From Geotalea daltonii FRC-32 (GTDB lineage: Bacteria; Desulfobacterota; Desulfuromonadia; Geobacterales; Geobacteraceae): DNA of 32,000 nucleotides. Numbering within the stretch: position 1 is the stretch's first letter; each line of letters begins with the position of its first letter. The translations under genes and the position numbers were made by a program. Below the pieces are notes generated by a model that did not search any database, had not been told where the DNA came from, and saw nothing but the letters and a program-made list of their open reading frames with translations. The DNA lies in NCBI RefSeq assembly GCF_000022265.1, contig NC_011979.1:3750001-3782000 (forward strand), written 5' to 3'. Shown piece after piece: positions 15,797 to 24,456 of the stretch.

Positions 15797-17698
15797 AGGT
15801 TCAATCCTCGTCCGCCTTTGCAGACGGGCGCTACAATTACAAGGAGGAGCGGAGAGATGGAACCTATTGTTTCAATCCTCGCCCGCCTTTACAGACGGGC
15901 GCTACGTGGTAGTTTCAAAGACATGGTGTTACCCCCTGAGTTTCAATCCTCGCCCGCCTTTACAGACGGGCGCTACGAGAGAGCCAGCCGGGGGCGTGAC
16001 AGCAGGCACAGTGTTTCAATCCTCGCCCGCCTTTACAGACGGGCGCTACGTCCCCGATTTTGCTGACACTGACAAGTAGATAGTTTCAATCCTCGCCCGC
16101 CTTTACAGACGGGCGCTACTAAGGGTATTATTACCAAGGCTCTATCCGATGTAGTTTCAATCCTCGCCCGCCTTTACAGACGGGCGCTACACAAGGCAGC
16201 CGATGATCCGAACTCCCAGCACACCAGTTTCAATCCTCGCCCGCCTTTACAGACGGGCGCTACTGCAGAAGAGTTCCTCGTCGGCGTGTTCTTTGTAGTT
16301 TCAATCCTCGCCCGCCTTTACAGACGGGCGCTACCCTTGTTATCGCCGCCGTAGTTGGCGTTGGTGATGTTTCAATCCTCGCCCGCCTTTACAGACGGGC
16401 GCTACAGTTCCCTATGCTCCATGCTGTGCTGGTGGATCTGTTTCAATCCTCGCCCGCCTTTACAGACGGGCGCTACAATGGACATCAACCGCACTTAAAG
16501 CATCGACGGTGTTTCAATCCTCGCCCGCCTTTACAGACGGGCGCTACATGATGTGCCTCCTGCCCGTCGCCGGGTGTGATGTGTTTCAATCCTCGCCCGC
16601 CTTTACAGACGGGCGCTACGCTGACGCCGAATTTGCCGTCGCGGTAGGTTTTGGTTTCAATCCTCGCCCGCCTTTACAGACGGGCGCTACTTCGGTGATT
16701 GCACCGTTGAAGGTATATCCTGCCGGTTTCAATCCTCGCCCGCCTTTACAGACGGGCGCTACATGAGGGCGGCCCGGCTGGCGCTGTAGGATGCGGTGTT
16801 TCAATCCTCGCCCGCCTTTACAGACGGGCGCTACCTTTGATAGCAAAGGGATATCCGAACAAATAGTGGTTTCAATCCTCGCCCGCCTTTACAGACGGGC
16901 GCTACGAACAAAAAGGGATCATCCAAAAGGGGCATGGCTTGTTTCAATCCTCGCCCGCCTTTACAGACGGGCGCTACGCGCTGGAGGTCTGCGCGCTGGC
17001 CGCCTTCCTTACAGTTTCAATCCTCGCCCGCCTTTACAGACGGGCGCTACGCCCACGCCAAGGCCTTCACCGTCGCCAAGGTGATGTTTCAATCCTCGCC
17101 CGCCTTTACAGACGGGCGCTACTTCGGTGATTGCACCGTTGAAGGTATATCCTGCCGGTTTCAATCCTCGCCCGCCTTTACAGACGGGCGCTACATGGTC
17201 CGCCATTTGCTGGGAGGTGACGAAATTGTTTCAATCCTCGCCCGCCTTTACAGACGGGCGCTACATGATAAATCACCTCCGTAGATAACCACTCGCCGGT
17301 TTCAATCCTCGCCCGCCTTTACAGACGGGCGCTACCTACCGTACCGTGGGCCGGCAGAAATCACCTGACCCAGGGGTTTCAATCCTCGCACGCCTTTACA
17401 GACGGGCGCTACGTAGTTTTCCCGCCGCTTGTAGATATCGACCTCTTGTTTCAATCCTCGCCCGCCTTTACAGACGGGCGCTACCAGGCTCAGAAGCTCA
17501 TTGGCACTGCCGGCATTGAGTTTCAATCCTCGCCCGCCTTTACAGACGGGCGCTACCGGCGGTGCCGGACGTACCGCTCCTAATACTGACCTGTTTCAAT
17601 CCTCGCCCGCCTTTACAGACGGGCGCTACCCCCAAGCCCACGCATGCCCGGTACGTTGCAACGTTTCAATCCTCGCCCGCCTTTACAGACGGGCGCTA
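15797..17698 (-). CRISPR. CRISPR array with 27 repeats (37 nt) and 26 spacers (33-36 nt, plus one of 40 nt)
   Basis: The + strand repeat is GTTTCAATCCTCGCCCGCCTTTACAGACGGGCGCTAC. On the minus strand it reads GTAGCGCCCGTCTGTAAAGGCGGGCGAGGATTGAAAC, ending in the ATTGAAAC handle. Transcription is therefore minus-strand, from the cas2-proximal leader. The terminal repeat at 15797-15833 is degenerate (3 mismatches), consistent with the trailer end. Repeat 23 (17375-17411) has a C-to-A change at 17389. Repeat starts: 15797, 15868, 15939, 16012, 16082, 16153, 16226, 16297, 16368, 16439, 16510, 16582, 16653, 16725, 16797, 16868, 16940, 17013, 17085, 17157, 17227, 17298, 17375, 17447, 17519, 17592, 17662. 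Confidence 0.97.
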
Positions 17699-17877
17699 CC
17701 GCCCCCTCTAAAAGGGGTCAGTTTCCAGCATGTTACCAGCCTGTTTTCGCGAAACAGGCGTTTGCAGCCTAAAAACAACTTTCTGCCAAAAATTGCAGCG
17801 GCAAAAACACTGTAATTCATGACAGTTACAATTCCGCGAATCCCCCCGGTTTTCCGCATGTGCAACAGGTTCGCGTT
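17699..17877 (-). promoter_or_regulatory. CRISPR leader (between the cas2 stop and the first repeat)
   Basis: A 179-bp non-coding, comparatively AT-rich stretch next to the newest-end repeat. It contains the small hairpin CCCCT-ctaaa-AGGGG abutting the first repeat. The promoter itself was not pinpointed. Confidence 0.6.
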
Positions 17878-18171
17878 TCATACGATCAGCGGATCATCAT
17901 CAAAAAATACCTGCTCAAAAATCCCAAACGTCTCCACGTTCTTTTCACGTGGCTCGGTCAGCCGATACAACCTGAGGTTATCCTCCTTCTCTTCGATCTC
18001 CCGGAGCAGCTTGCGGCGCAGGTCTTCCAGCTTCATCTCATTCACCTGACATTCAAATACCGACTTCTGCACCCGCTGACCGTAGTTCTTGCACACCTGG
18101 GCCACTCGGCGCAGCCTTTTCCTTCCCTGCCTCGTTTCCGTGTTCACATCATAACAGACGACAATCCACAT
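17878..18171 (-). CDS. cas2: CRISPR-associated endoribonuclease Cas2
   Basis: 97 aa. [41 protein letters not shown] is the canonical Cas2 N-terminus. Confidence 0.95.
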   Translation of the reverse strand: MWIVVCYDVNTETRQGRKRLRRVAQVCKNYGQRVQKSVFECQVNEMKLEDLRRKLLREIEEKEDNLRLYRLTEPREKNVETFGIFEQVFFDDDPLIV

Positions 18172-18188
18172 ATATCCCCCGCTACAGC

Positions 18189-19223
18189 TCAGGTATATAA
18201 AACCGGCGTATATTCCTCCAGATCGCCGCGCAAGTGGCGGGCCAACAACCGGGCCTGCACGTGGGGTACGATGCCGAATGCAACCTTTTCCCCAAGGATC
18301 GGATGAAAGAACTCTTCCTGTTTCCGCTTCTGATAGGCGACCACAACTGTCTTGCGACCGTCTTCATTGAGATATACCGCCCCGCCGGGACGTGGTTCGA
18401 AATCCTTCTCGGTGATCTGTTTGCGGTTGATGAGGGTCAGTGCCAGCCTATCGGCAATGACTGCTCGGAATTCTTCCATGAGATCCAATCCCAGGGACGG
18501 CCTGCCGGGACGCAAGGCATGCAGGAACCCCATTTGACTGTCCAGCCCCACGCTCTCCACCGCGCTGATGCAATCGTTCAGTACCAGGGTATATAGAAAG
18601 GAAAGCAGGGCATTCATGGGATCAAGGGGGGGCCGCCGGTTGCGGTTATCCATGGCAAAGGCCGCCCGATCCCCATCCTTGACCATCTGATCGAACACGG
18701 CAAAATATGCCGCTGCCGACTCCCCTTCCAGGCCGCGCACCTGATCTATTTCGCAAATGCTTTTGAGCCTGAAAAGCGTATCCGCATGGATTTCCGAGGC
18801 CTTGCGCAAGGCCGTTTCCTCTTCGGGGCTATCGCTCTCACGGGCGCCGCGCATGAGCACCTGGCGGGCATTCTTCACCTTGCCTGCAACCATATTCCGG
18901 GCAATCGCTGCCGCTTTTCCCTTATCCCGCACCGCCTCGTACTGGGCCTGGCGCAGCAGGACGTTGCCGCTGGTCTTGCCCACCATGCGGCATTTGTACC
19001 GCCCGCTCCGGCTGAGAATCACCACCGGCCTGCCGTCATCGGCACATTTGCCGAGGAAAAAGGGACTGATCATCACATTGCCGAAGGTAACGACAGAACC
19101 AAGATGGTGAAGGGGCACCTGCATCTGCAGCTTGCCATTCACCTCCACCCGCACGGTTTCATGATCCAGGCTCAGGTATGAACCTTGAGTCATGACATAT
19201 AAGGTATTCAGAAGCTGTTTCAT
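18189..19223 (-). CDS. cas1: CRISPR-associated integrase Cas1 (I-C type)
   Basis: 344 aa. [22 protein letters not shown]... plus the conserved C-terminal acidic/His region ([22 protein letters not shown]). 4-nt overlap with cas4. Confidence 0.95.
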   Translation of the reverse strand: MKQLLNTLYVMTQGSYLSLDHETVRVEVNGKLQMQVPLHHLGSVVTFGNVMISPFFLGKCADDGRPVVILSRSGRYKCRMVGKTSGNVLLRQAQYEAVRDKGKAAAIARNMVAGKVKNARQVLMRGARESDSPEEETALRKASEIHADTLFRLKSICEIDQVRGLEGESAAAYFAVFDQMVKDGDRAAFAMDNRNRRPPLDPMNALLSFLYTLVLNDCISAVESVGLDSQMGFLHALRPGRPSLGLDLMEEFRAVIADRLALTLINRKQITEKDFEPRPGGAVYLNEDGRKTVVVAYQKRKQEEFFHPILGEKVAFGIVPHVQARLLARHLRGDLEEYTPVLYT

Positions 19224-19843
19224 GGTTTCACCTCGAATAATTCCCGGTAAGCCAGACGTTCACGATCTTTTTCCGCCACTACTGACGGCAGACACGATTC
19301 CTTCAATGAACAGCCCTCACAGCGTTTGTCGTTGACCGGCGGCGGCACAATGCCCTTTTCCAGCATCTCCCCAACGGCGGCAACCACTCGCACAACCTGC
19401 TCCCGCATGGCAGCAGTCATGCCGACTTCCTTCCGCTCCCGAGAACTGTGCCAGTAGAGCGCCCCTGTTTCTACCGGCACACCGAACATCTCCTCCAGAC
19501 AGATCGCCTGGGCACACAGCTGAAGAGTCTCAGGGTCGCCCCGGCGCCGTCGTCCGGATTTATATTCCACCGGATAAGGAACATTGTCATGAAACTCAAC
19601 CAGATCCGCCTTGCCTACCAAGTTGAGTCTTCTGCACCAGATTGGGAGCGCCCGCTCATATCGCACCCCCGCCAATTCATGGGCCGAGACTTCGTCCACT
19701 CGCTCGTGCACGTCACGCCCGCGCATGGTGTAAATGTTCTCGCTCCACACCTGTTCCACATGAATTAGGGCACACTGACGCGGGCAGTAGGCGTAGTGCT
19801 CCAGGGCCGAGATCATGACTGGATCGACATTGTCAGGTGTCAT
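19220..19843 (-). CDS. cas4: CRISPR-associated exonuclease Cas4 (RecB-like nuclease with a 4-Cys cluster)
   Basis: 207 aa. N-terminal Cys (YCPRQC), the C-terminal CEGCSLKESC cluster, and the nuclease core DLVEF...YKSG. Confidence 0.9.
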   Translation of the reverse strand: MTPDNVDPVMISALEHYAYCPRQCALIHVEQVWSENIYTMRGRDVHERVDEVSAHELAGVRYERALPIWCRRLNLVGKADLVEFHDNVPYPVEYKSGRRRRGDPETLQLCAQAICLEEMFGVPVETGALYWHSSRERKEVGMTAAMREQVVRVVAAVGEMLEKGIVPPPVNDKRCEGCSLKESCLPSVVAEKDRERLAYRELFEVKP

Positions 19844-20886
19844 TAATTCTCCCCCGGCTTTTGCCGTGCTTCCATCTGCTTCAGTGCCTCCAGAAAATCC
19901 CTGTCAACCGGGCGGGGCAATGCATCGATCATGATACGATATCGTTCATATTCCAGTTCCGCCTTTTCTTTTGCAGCTTCAGCTGTAATCGTACCGGCAT
20001 GATCCAGTAGGTCATGCTCCGAGAGCTTCAGGAAATCATCCAGCTTGCCGATCCAGTTATGCATGGTCATCGGCTTGCGACGTAGCGCTTGGAGTTCGGC
20101 GAAGTCGAGATACGCTGCCACAATACGGTTCAGCGCCTGAAGTTCCTCTCCCGTAAGGTAGTTCTTGGCGATGGCAACATCCTCTTTCCGCACTATGCCG
20201 CCGGGGCGGGTCGAAACAAGCCCCATGTGCGGCTTGTCTGCATCTGGCCGCCGGTAAATCACCTCTGCCGCCGTCTGACCATGACAGGCCCAATGCATCT
20301 TGTTCTGCACAGCGGCAAAGAATTGCTGTGACAGATCAATATTCGGCGAATAGTCAACGCTGGTCGCATAAATATCGAGTACCTTCTGATAAAATCGTCG
20401 CTCGGAAGAGCGGATGTCACGAATCCGCTCCAACTGTTCATCGAAATAATCCTTCTGCCCTTTTCCCGGCGGATTTTTCAGGCGTTCGTCATCCATGGTG
20501 AAACCTTTGAGCAGGTATTCACCCAAGAGTGCCGTTGCCCACTGGCGGAACTGGGTGCCACGATGACTGCGGACCCTGTAACCGACGGCAAGGATGGCCT
20601 CAAGCCGGTAATGCCGCAAGCTACGGGAAACATCCCGGCCCCCCTCCTGACGAACTTGTAAGTAATCCTTACAGGTTGCCCCTTCGTCCAATTCACCCTC
20701 GGCAAAGATGGCTTTAAGGTGGAGCGTCACGTTCTGGGGTGTCGTCTGAAACAGCTCTCCAATCTGCGCCTGGGTCAGCCATATGGTTTCGTCGGCAAAG
20801 CGGCACTGAATACGAGTGCGCCCATCTTCGGTCTGGTAGAGAAGGAATTCGCCGGAGGAGGGGATGAGGTCTTTCTGTTTTTTCAT
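19843..20886 (-). CDS. RhuM-family protein (Virulence_RhuM-like; putative DNA-binding N-terminus) embedded in the cas operon
   Basis: 347 aa. FLLYQTEDGRTRIQCRFADETIWLTQAQIGELFQTTPQNVTLHLKAIFAEGEL...RHYRLEAILAVGYRVRSHRGTQFRQWAT..L.EYLLKGFTMDDERLKN...RFYQKVLDIYATS.DY matches my memory of RhuM-family proteins closely. The stop TAA overlaps the cas4 ATG (TAATG, 19841-19845). Confidence 0.8.
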   Translation of the reverse strand: MKKQKDLIPSSGEFLLYQTEDGRTRIQCRFADETIWLTQAQIGELFQTTPQNVTLHLKAIFAEGELDEGATCKDYLQVRQEGGRDVSRSLRHYRLEAILAVGYRVRSHRGTQFRQWATALLGEYLLKGFTMDDERLKNPPGKGQKDYFDEQLERIRDIRSSERRFYQKVLDIYATSVDYSPNIDLSQQFFAAVQNKMHWACHGQTAAEVIYRRPDADKPHMGLVSTRPGGIVRKEDVAIAKNYLTGEELQALNRIVAAYLDFAELQALRRKPMTMHNWIGKLDDFLKLSEHDLLDHAGTITAEAAKEKAELEYERYRIMIDALPRPVDRDFLEALKQMEARQKPGEN

Positions 20887-20902
20887 GTGAGTTGCCTTTG
20901 TA

Positions 20903-20926
20903 GGGGCGGCCCCCTGTGGCCGCCCC
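20903..20926. repeat. REP hairpin in the cas7-rhuM intergenic gap
   Basis: tGTAGGGGCGGCC-ccctgt-GGCCGCCCCgg has a 9-bp GC stem and a 6-nt loop. It belongs to the same GTAGGGGCG...CGCCCCGG(T/A)TTT family as the hairpins at 14771-14960. It lies 17 nt upstream of the rhuM-like ATG. Confidence 0.8.
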
Positions 20927-20961
20927 GGATTTTGGGCGTTGCGTGGACGCTCCCCGCAATC

Positions 20962-21828
20962 TCAGACCCCGTCAATTATTTCAGGTACCGGCCCATTCAG
21001 TTCATTGAACGAAATCAATAAATTCAGATCGTCAGTGTCCATGACGTTCAAGCTTCTGTGCACCTTGGCGGAAGAGCATTGGCCACTTGCGCAGTTGTGC
21101 TGCCACCATACCACTTTCAAAACCTCCATACTTCCTTCGGGACGGGCGGATGAGGCGTCATTCTCGAACAAGCGAGGGAGGACAGCCTTGATAGCCGCTG
21201 CGTCAGCATCACTGAATCCGGTCTTGACGGCCAGTTGCGGGTTCATACTGCCGTAAAAGGTATAAATGCCACGATCCACGCGGTGTTTCATCCCCATGGT
21301 GTCAGAACCACGCTTGGTGCCGTCACCTTCGCCGCTAACACTCTTGGTGATCTGGGTGCTGGTCAGGCTGACCGGGGAAATACTGAATGCCGACTGAACG
21401 CTGACAGGACCGCGAATGCCGATAGATACGCCTTTATCATCGCCGGGCTCTTCTCCCTCTTTGGCCTTGCCTTTCTTGCCACCGGCTGCCTTGAAAGCAA
21501 AGAGCTGCCCAAATGCACGGACATCAAACCAGGTTTCACAGGCTTTTTTCGCTTTCTCATCTGCTGCCTTTATCCCATCAAGCACTTCATCGGCGCGCGA
21601 TTTGAGGCTTGGATGCTTGTCGTTTTTGCTGTCATCGGACTGAACAAAAATTCGTTGTCCCGCCTCCATCAAACGGTTGCGAATCTTGCGCTTGATGCAG
21701 ACATCGGAAACCTCACCGTTTCCTTCGTAGATGGTGCGGGGACGGTTGCCGTTGAGGGGGTCACCGTTCGGGTTGGCGTTGGTCACTTTGAAAACTACTG
21801 CGAAATCGATTTTGTTTGACAGGCTCAT
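20962..21828 (-). CDS. cas7: Type I-C Cascade backbone subunit Cas7c (Csd2)
   Basis: 288 aa. IDFAVVFKVTNANPNGDPLNGNRPR is the Csd2/Cas7c N-terminal signature. Confidence 0.92.
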   Translation of the reverse strand: MSLSNKIDFAVVFKVTNANPNGDPLNGNRPRTIYEGNGEVSDVCIKRKIRNRLMEAGQRIFVQSDDSKNDKHPSLKSRADEVLDGIKAADEKAKKACETWFDVRAFGQLFAFKAAGGKKGKAKEGEEPGDDKGVSIGIRGPVSVQSAFSISPVSLTSTQITKSVSGEGDGTKRGSDTMGMKHRVDRGIYTFYGSMNPQLAVKTGFSDADAAAIKAVLPRLFENDASSARPEGSMEVLKVVWWQHNCASGQCSSAKVHRSLNVMDTDDLNLLISFNELNGPVPEIIDGV

Positions 21829-21857
21829 ATTCGTTCTCCTTTTATGTGATTTGTTGG

Positions 21858-22262
21858 TTAGTCGTCAGAATTATCGAGGTCATCATTGGCCCCGGTTGCC
21901 TCGCTCGCGACAGCTGGTTTCAGTGCTGCTCGCTGGCAGTGGTAACCCAGCAGGAATTCGCCGCTCAACCTGTCGTCTCTGGTGAATTCCTCGGGCGGGT
22001 CAAACTTGACATGAACGGCGTCCAACAACGATTTAACCTTGTGCGCCTTGTCACCCAGCCTGACTTTATAAGGGAGCAGCGAAAGTTCGAGAGTCCGCCA
22101 TGTGCTATAAGGTCGATCAGCAAAGCGCTGCATCATCCTTTCCGCGTTGGTCGGCCTGCTTTCACCTGCCGTCCGAATCGCCCAGTGTTCCAAGTTCTCC
22201 GCTAGTGCCAGCAACCTGCCATACAGATAATCCCGAGTCGTTCGATTCTCATCAAGCGCCAT
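21858..22262 (-). CDS. cas11: Probable internally translated small subunit Cas11c (134 aa, in frame within the cas8c 3' end)
   Basis: The in-frame ATG at 22262..22260 is preceded by GAAAAGGAGGGGTACACT (an AAGGAGG Shine-Dalgarno, 8-nt spacer) inside the coding sequence. Type I-C systems are known to make Cas11 this way. Confidence 0.55.
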   Translation of the reverse strand: MALDENRTTRDYLYGRLLALAENLEHWAIRTAGESRPTNAERMMQRFADRPYSTWRTLELSLLPYKVRLGDKAHKVKSLLDAVHVKFDPPEEFTRDDRLSGEFLLGYHCQRAALKPAVASEATGANDDLDNSDD

Positions 22263-23759
22263 AGTGTACCCCTCCTTTTCATGTCGTTTTCGATAAAGCG
22301 CACAAGCTATTCCAAGGGCCTTTTCCCATTCCCAGTACTCGATTCCGTTTTTATTGCTTGCCCGCCTGACGCACGATTCCACGAGGTCGCGAGGGATGGG
22401 CGCGCCATCCACGATGCATGGGAGCAATCGTTCTATGGTTGCTTTTCGTAACTTGTCGTCAATGCGTCGGCCATATGCCACTTCGGCAATGTCACGCGGC
22501 GCAGGTGCGCCGACGAAAATCCTGTCTTTACCGAAATATTGCAGCCAGCAACAGCTGGTATGCCACGACTCGATCCGCTCAAGGAACTCGGAGCCTAGCA
22601 GTTCACGGTAGTAGCTGATGGCCATACGACCAGGTGTGGCGGAGTCAAGTCCGAGGACAACGACCTCGTCAGTTGGTTTCAGCTTTGCCCCATAGCCAGC
22701 CAACTTTTTCGACAATGCCACGCCAACTTCCTGAGCGGTGTAGCCGGTCTTTGGCGACGCCGGTGCATCCTTGCCTCCGAACAAGAAAGCAAAGGTGTCC
22801 GCCTGAGGATCTGGGACATCCGCCCCGGACACGGCCCAGGCAACCACAGCTTGATCTCCGTCACGTCTGCCTTGGCGCTCAATCAGCCACCGCAAAGCAC
22901 TATGAGCTTTTTGCGTTACCTCAATCCCTATTCCACAGGCTTCCGCATCAGTTGTGAATCGCCCCAGATAGGTAAATCCTTCCGAATCGTTTGACGAAAT
23001 CAGTTTTGCTCCGTCACCGGGATAGCGAATGTTTTTCGGATGATTAGAAGCAAGGCCAGCTGTTCCACCCGTAACCATACAAAGATCGCGGTTGGTCTGC
23101 AGGCCCGCATAGTAACTGCGCCAAGAGTCCCAAAGCGATGCATCCTTCCACAGTTCGGACTGAGTATCTCCGGAGATCTCAACAGAAAACCTGACAAAAG
23201 CTTCAAATTGGCCCTTTTTGTTGGCTTGCTTGATAATCTTGAAAACAGGCGGAGCATCTGCTTCATCTATCCACTCTGCAGCCAGTTGCCCGCTGTTGTC
23301 GGCATAAAGCACTTTCTTTTCAATCAAGTCCTTTATGAGTCGCCCCTGTTTCAAGTAAGCAAACACCGACTGCAATTTCCGATGTTGTGAGCTATCAACC
23401 CATGCTTTTAGCCCTTTCAGATACGGCTCAAAACCTGATTCGTTTTTCTTTTTATTGGGATTCCCCCCATACTCCAAATAATCACCGGCTACATATTGCA
23501 ACGTGTCACAGAGCGCATGGGGAGCAATTTTAGCTCCTGAACGCCCGGCTGATGCCTCCGTTGCCGGAATAATGGTCTGTGCGTCATCTTTCATCACAAC
23601 AGATGCGTCCAGCAAATTACCTTGTCCATCTAGCACGACATGGAGTTGTGCATTTTGCGTACTGTGGAAAAGAGGCAGTAAAGGAACTGCATCCTTTGGA
23701 TTGGCAATGTTCCCGAGGTTATTCTCATACGTCTGATGCAGCTTCTCAATCCAGCTCAT
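21858..23759 (-). CDS. cas8c: Type I-C large subunit Cas8c (Csd1)
   Basis: 633 aa, positioned between cas5 and cas7. MSWIEKLHQTYENN... is a typical Csd1 N-terminus. It overlaps the cas5 end by 14 nt. Confidence 0.88.
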   Translation of the reverse strand: MSWIEKLHQTYENNLGNIANPKDAVPLLPLFHSTQNAQLHVVLDGQGNLLDASVVMKDDAQTIIPATEASAGRSGAKIAPHALCDTLQYVAGDYLEYGGNPNKKKNESGFEPYLKGLKAWVDSSQHRKLQSVFAYLKQGRLIKDLIEKKVLYADNSGQLAAEWIDEADAPPVFKIIKQANKKGQFEAFVRFSVEISGDTQSELWKDASLWDSWRSYYAGLQTNRDLCMVTGGTAGLASNHPKNIRYPGDGAKLISSNDSEGFTYLGRFTTDAEACGIGIEVTQKAHSALRWLIERQGRRDGDQAVVAWAVSGADVPDPQADTFAFLFGGKDAPASPKTGYTAQEVGVALSKKLAGYGAKLKPTDEVVVLGLDSATPGRMAISYYRELLGSEFLERIESWHTSCCWLQYFGKDRIFVGAPAPRDIAEVAYGRRIDDKLRKATIERLLPCIVDGAPIPRDLVESCVRRASNKNGIEYWEWEKALGIACALYRKRHEKEGYTMALDENRTTRDYLYGRLLALAENLEHWAIRTAGESRPTNAERMMQRFADRPYSTWRTLELSLLPYKVRLGDKAHKVKSLLDAVHVKFDPPEEFTRDDRLSGEFLLGYHCQRAALKPAVASEATGANDDLDNSDD

Positions 23760-24456
23760 CTAACAGTCCCTCCTCTCGCAGCCCGTTGGAGCTGGGTGGA
23801 TTAGGGATCATCTCCCGTACAAACTTGCGCACCGTACAATCTTCCGGCGTAGTAAACTCCACCACACCATCCTTCATGACCGGCCGCCAGAACCGGCTAT
23901 GCAGTTCTTTCGTGCCGGTTTCATCCGGATAATCGAATCCATGAAACATCAACCCGTATTCCAGATTGCCGTACCCGTCATACTCCCCCTTCTCTTCACC
24001 GAATGTGCACGGTTCAACATATCCCTGACATTCCCTCGTTCCAAGGAATACATCCTGACGTCCACCCTTTGCAACCATCCGCTTGGCGACATGCCAATGT
24101 TTGTCGGGATCGCGGTCATCGGCCAGGTCTTCACGGTGCACGTTCCACTCGAAATGAGCCTGTACCTGGTACTCCACGTCAGCCAGATAGGTGTAAATAG
24201 CCAGCGTATTACCCTCTTTATGATAGTTAAGCGGTTTCATGCTCTTTGACTGAGTACGGATGCGCTTCATTACCCGCACCTTGTCGATCACCCAGACAAA
24301 TGTCGGTTTCCAGTAAATGGACTTGGCGACCCCCTTGAGCGCCTCGTACGTCGGAATATGATACGAACATTTTTCCCCGCCTATTTTGGTCAGCGGGTCG
24401 GTGAACAGGGCAAAGCGTCCCGTCACCTTGAAGTCAATACGGCTCTTCATTGTCAC
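23746..24456 (-). CDS. cas5: Type I-C Cas5d (crRNA endoribonuclease / Cascade subunit)
   Basis: 236 aa. FKVTGRFALFTDPLTKIGGEKCSYHIPTYEALKGVAKSIYWKP is the Cas5d signature. Confidence 0.92.
   Translation of the reverse strand: MTMKSRIDFKVTGRFALFTDPLTKIGGEKCSYHIPTYEALKGVAKSIYWKPTFVWVIDKVRVMKRIRTQSKSMKPLNYHKEGNTLAIYTYLADVEYQVQAHFEWNVHREDLADDRDPDKHWHVAKRMVAKGGRQDVFLGTRECQGYVEPCTFGEEKGEYDGYGNLEYGLMFHGFDYPDETGTKELHSRFWRPVMKDGVVEFTTPEDCTVRKFVREMIPNPPSSNGLREEGLLDELD

Noticed and set aside
15624-17815. Many 60-150-aa ORFs on both strands across the array, with recurring peptides FQSSPAFTDGRY, FNPRPPLQTGAT, SILARLYRRAL and APVCKGGRGLK
   Set aside because: They are translations of the 37-nt CRISPR repeat in different frames. 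The periodic identical peptides are artefacts and do not come from genes.
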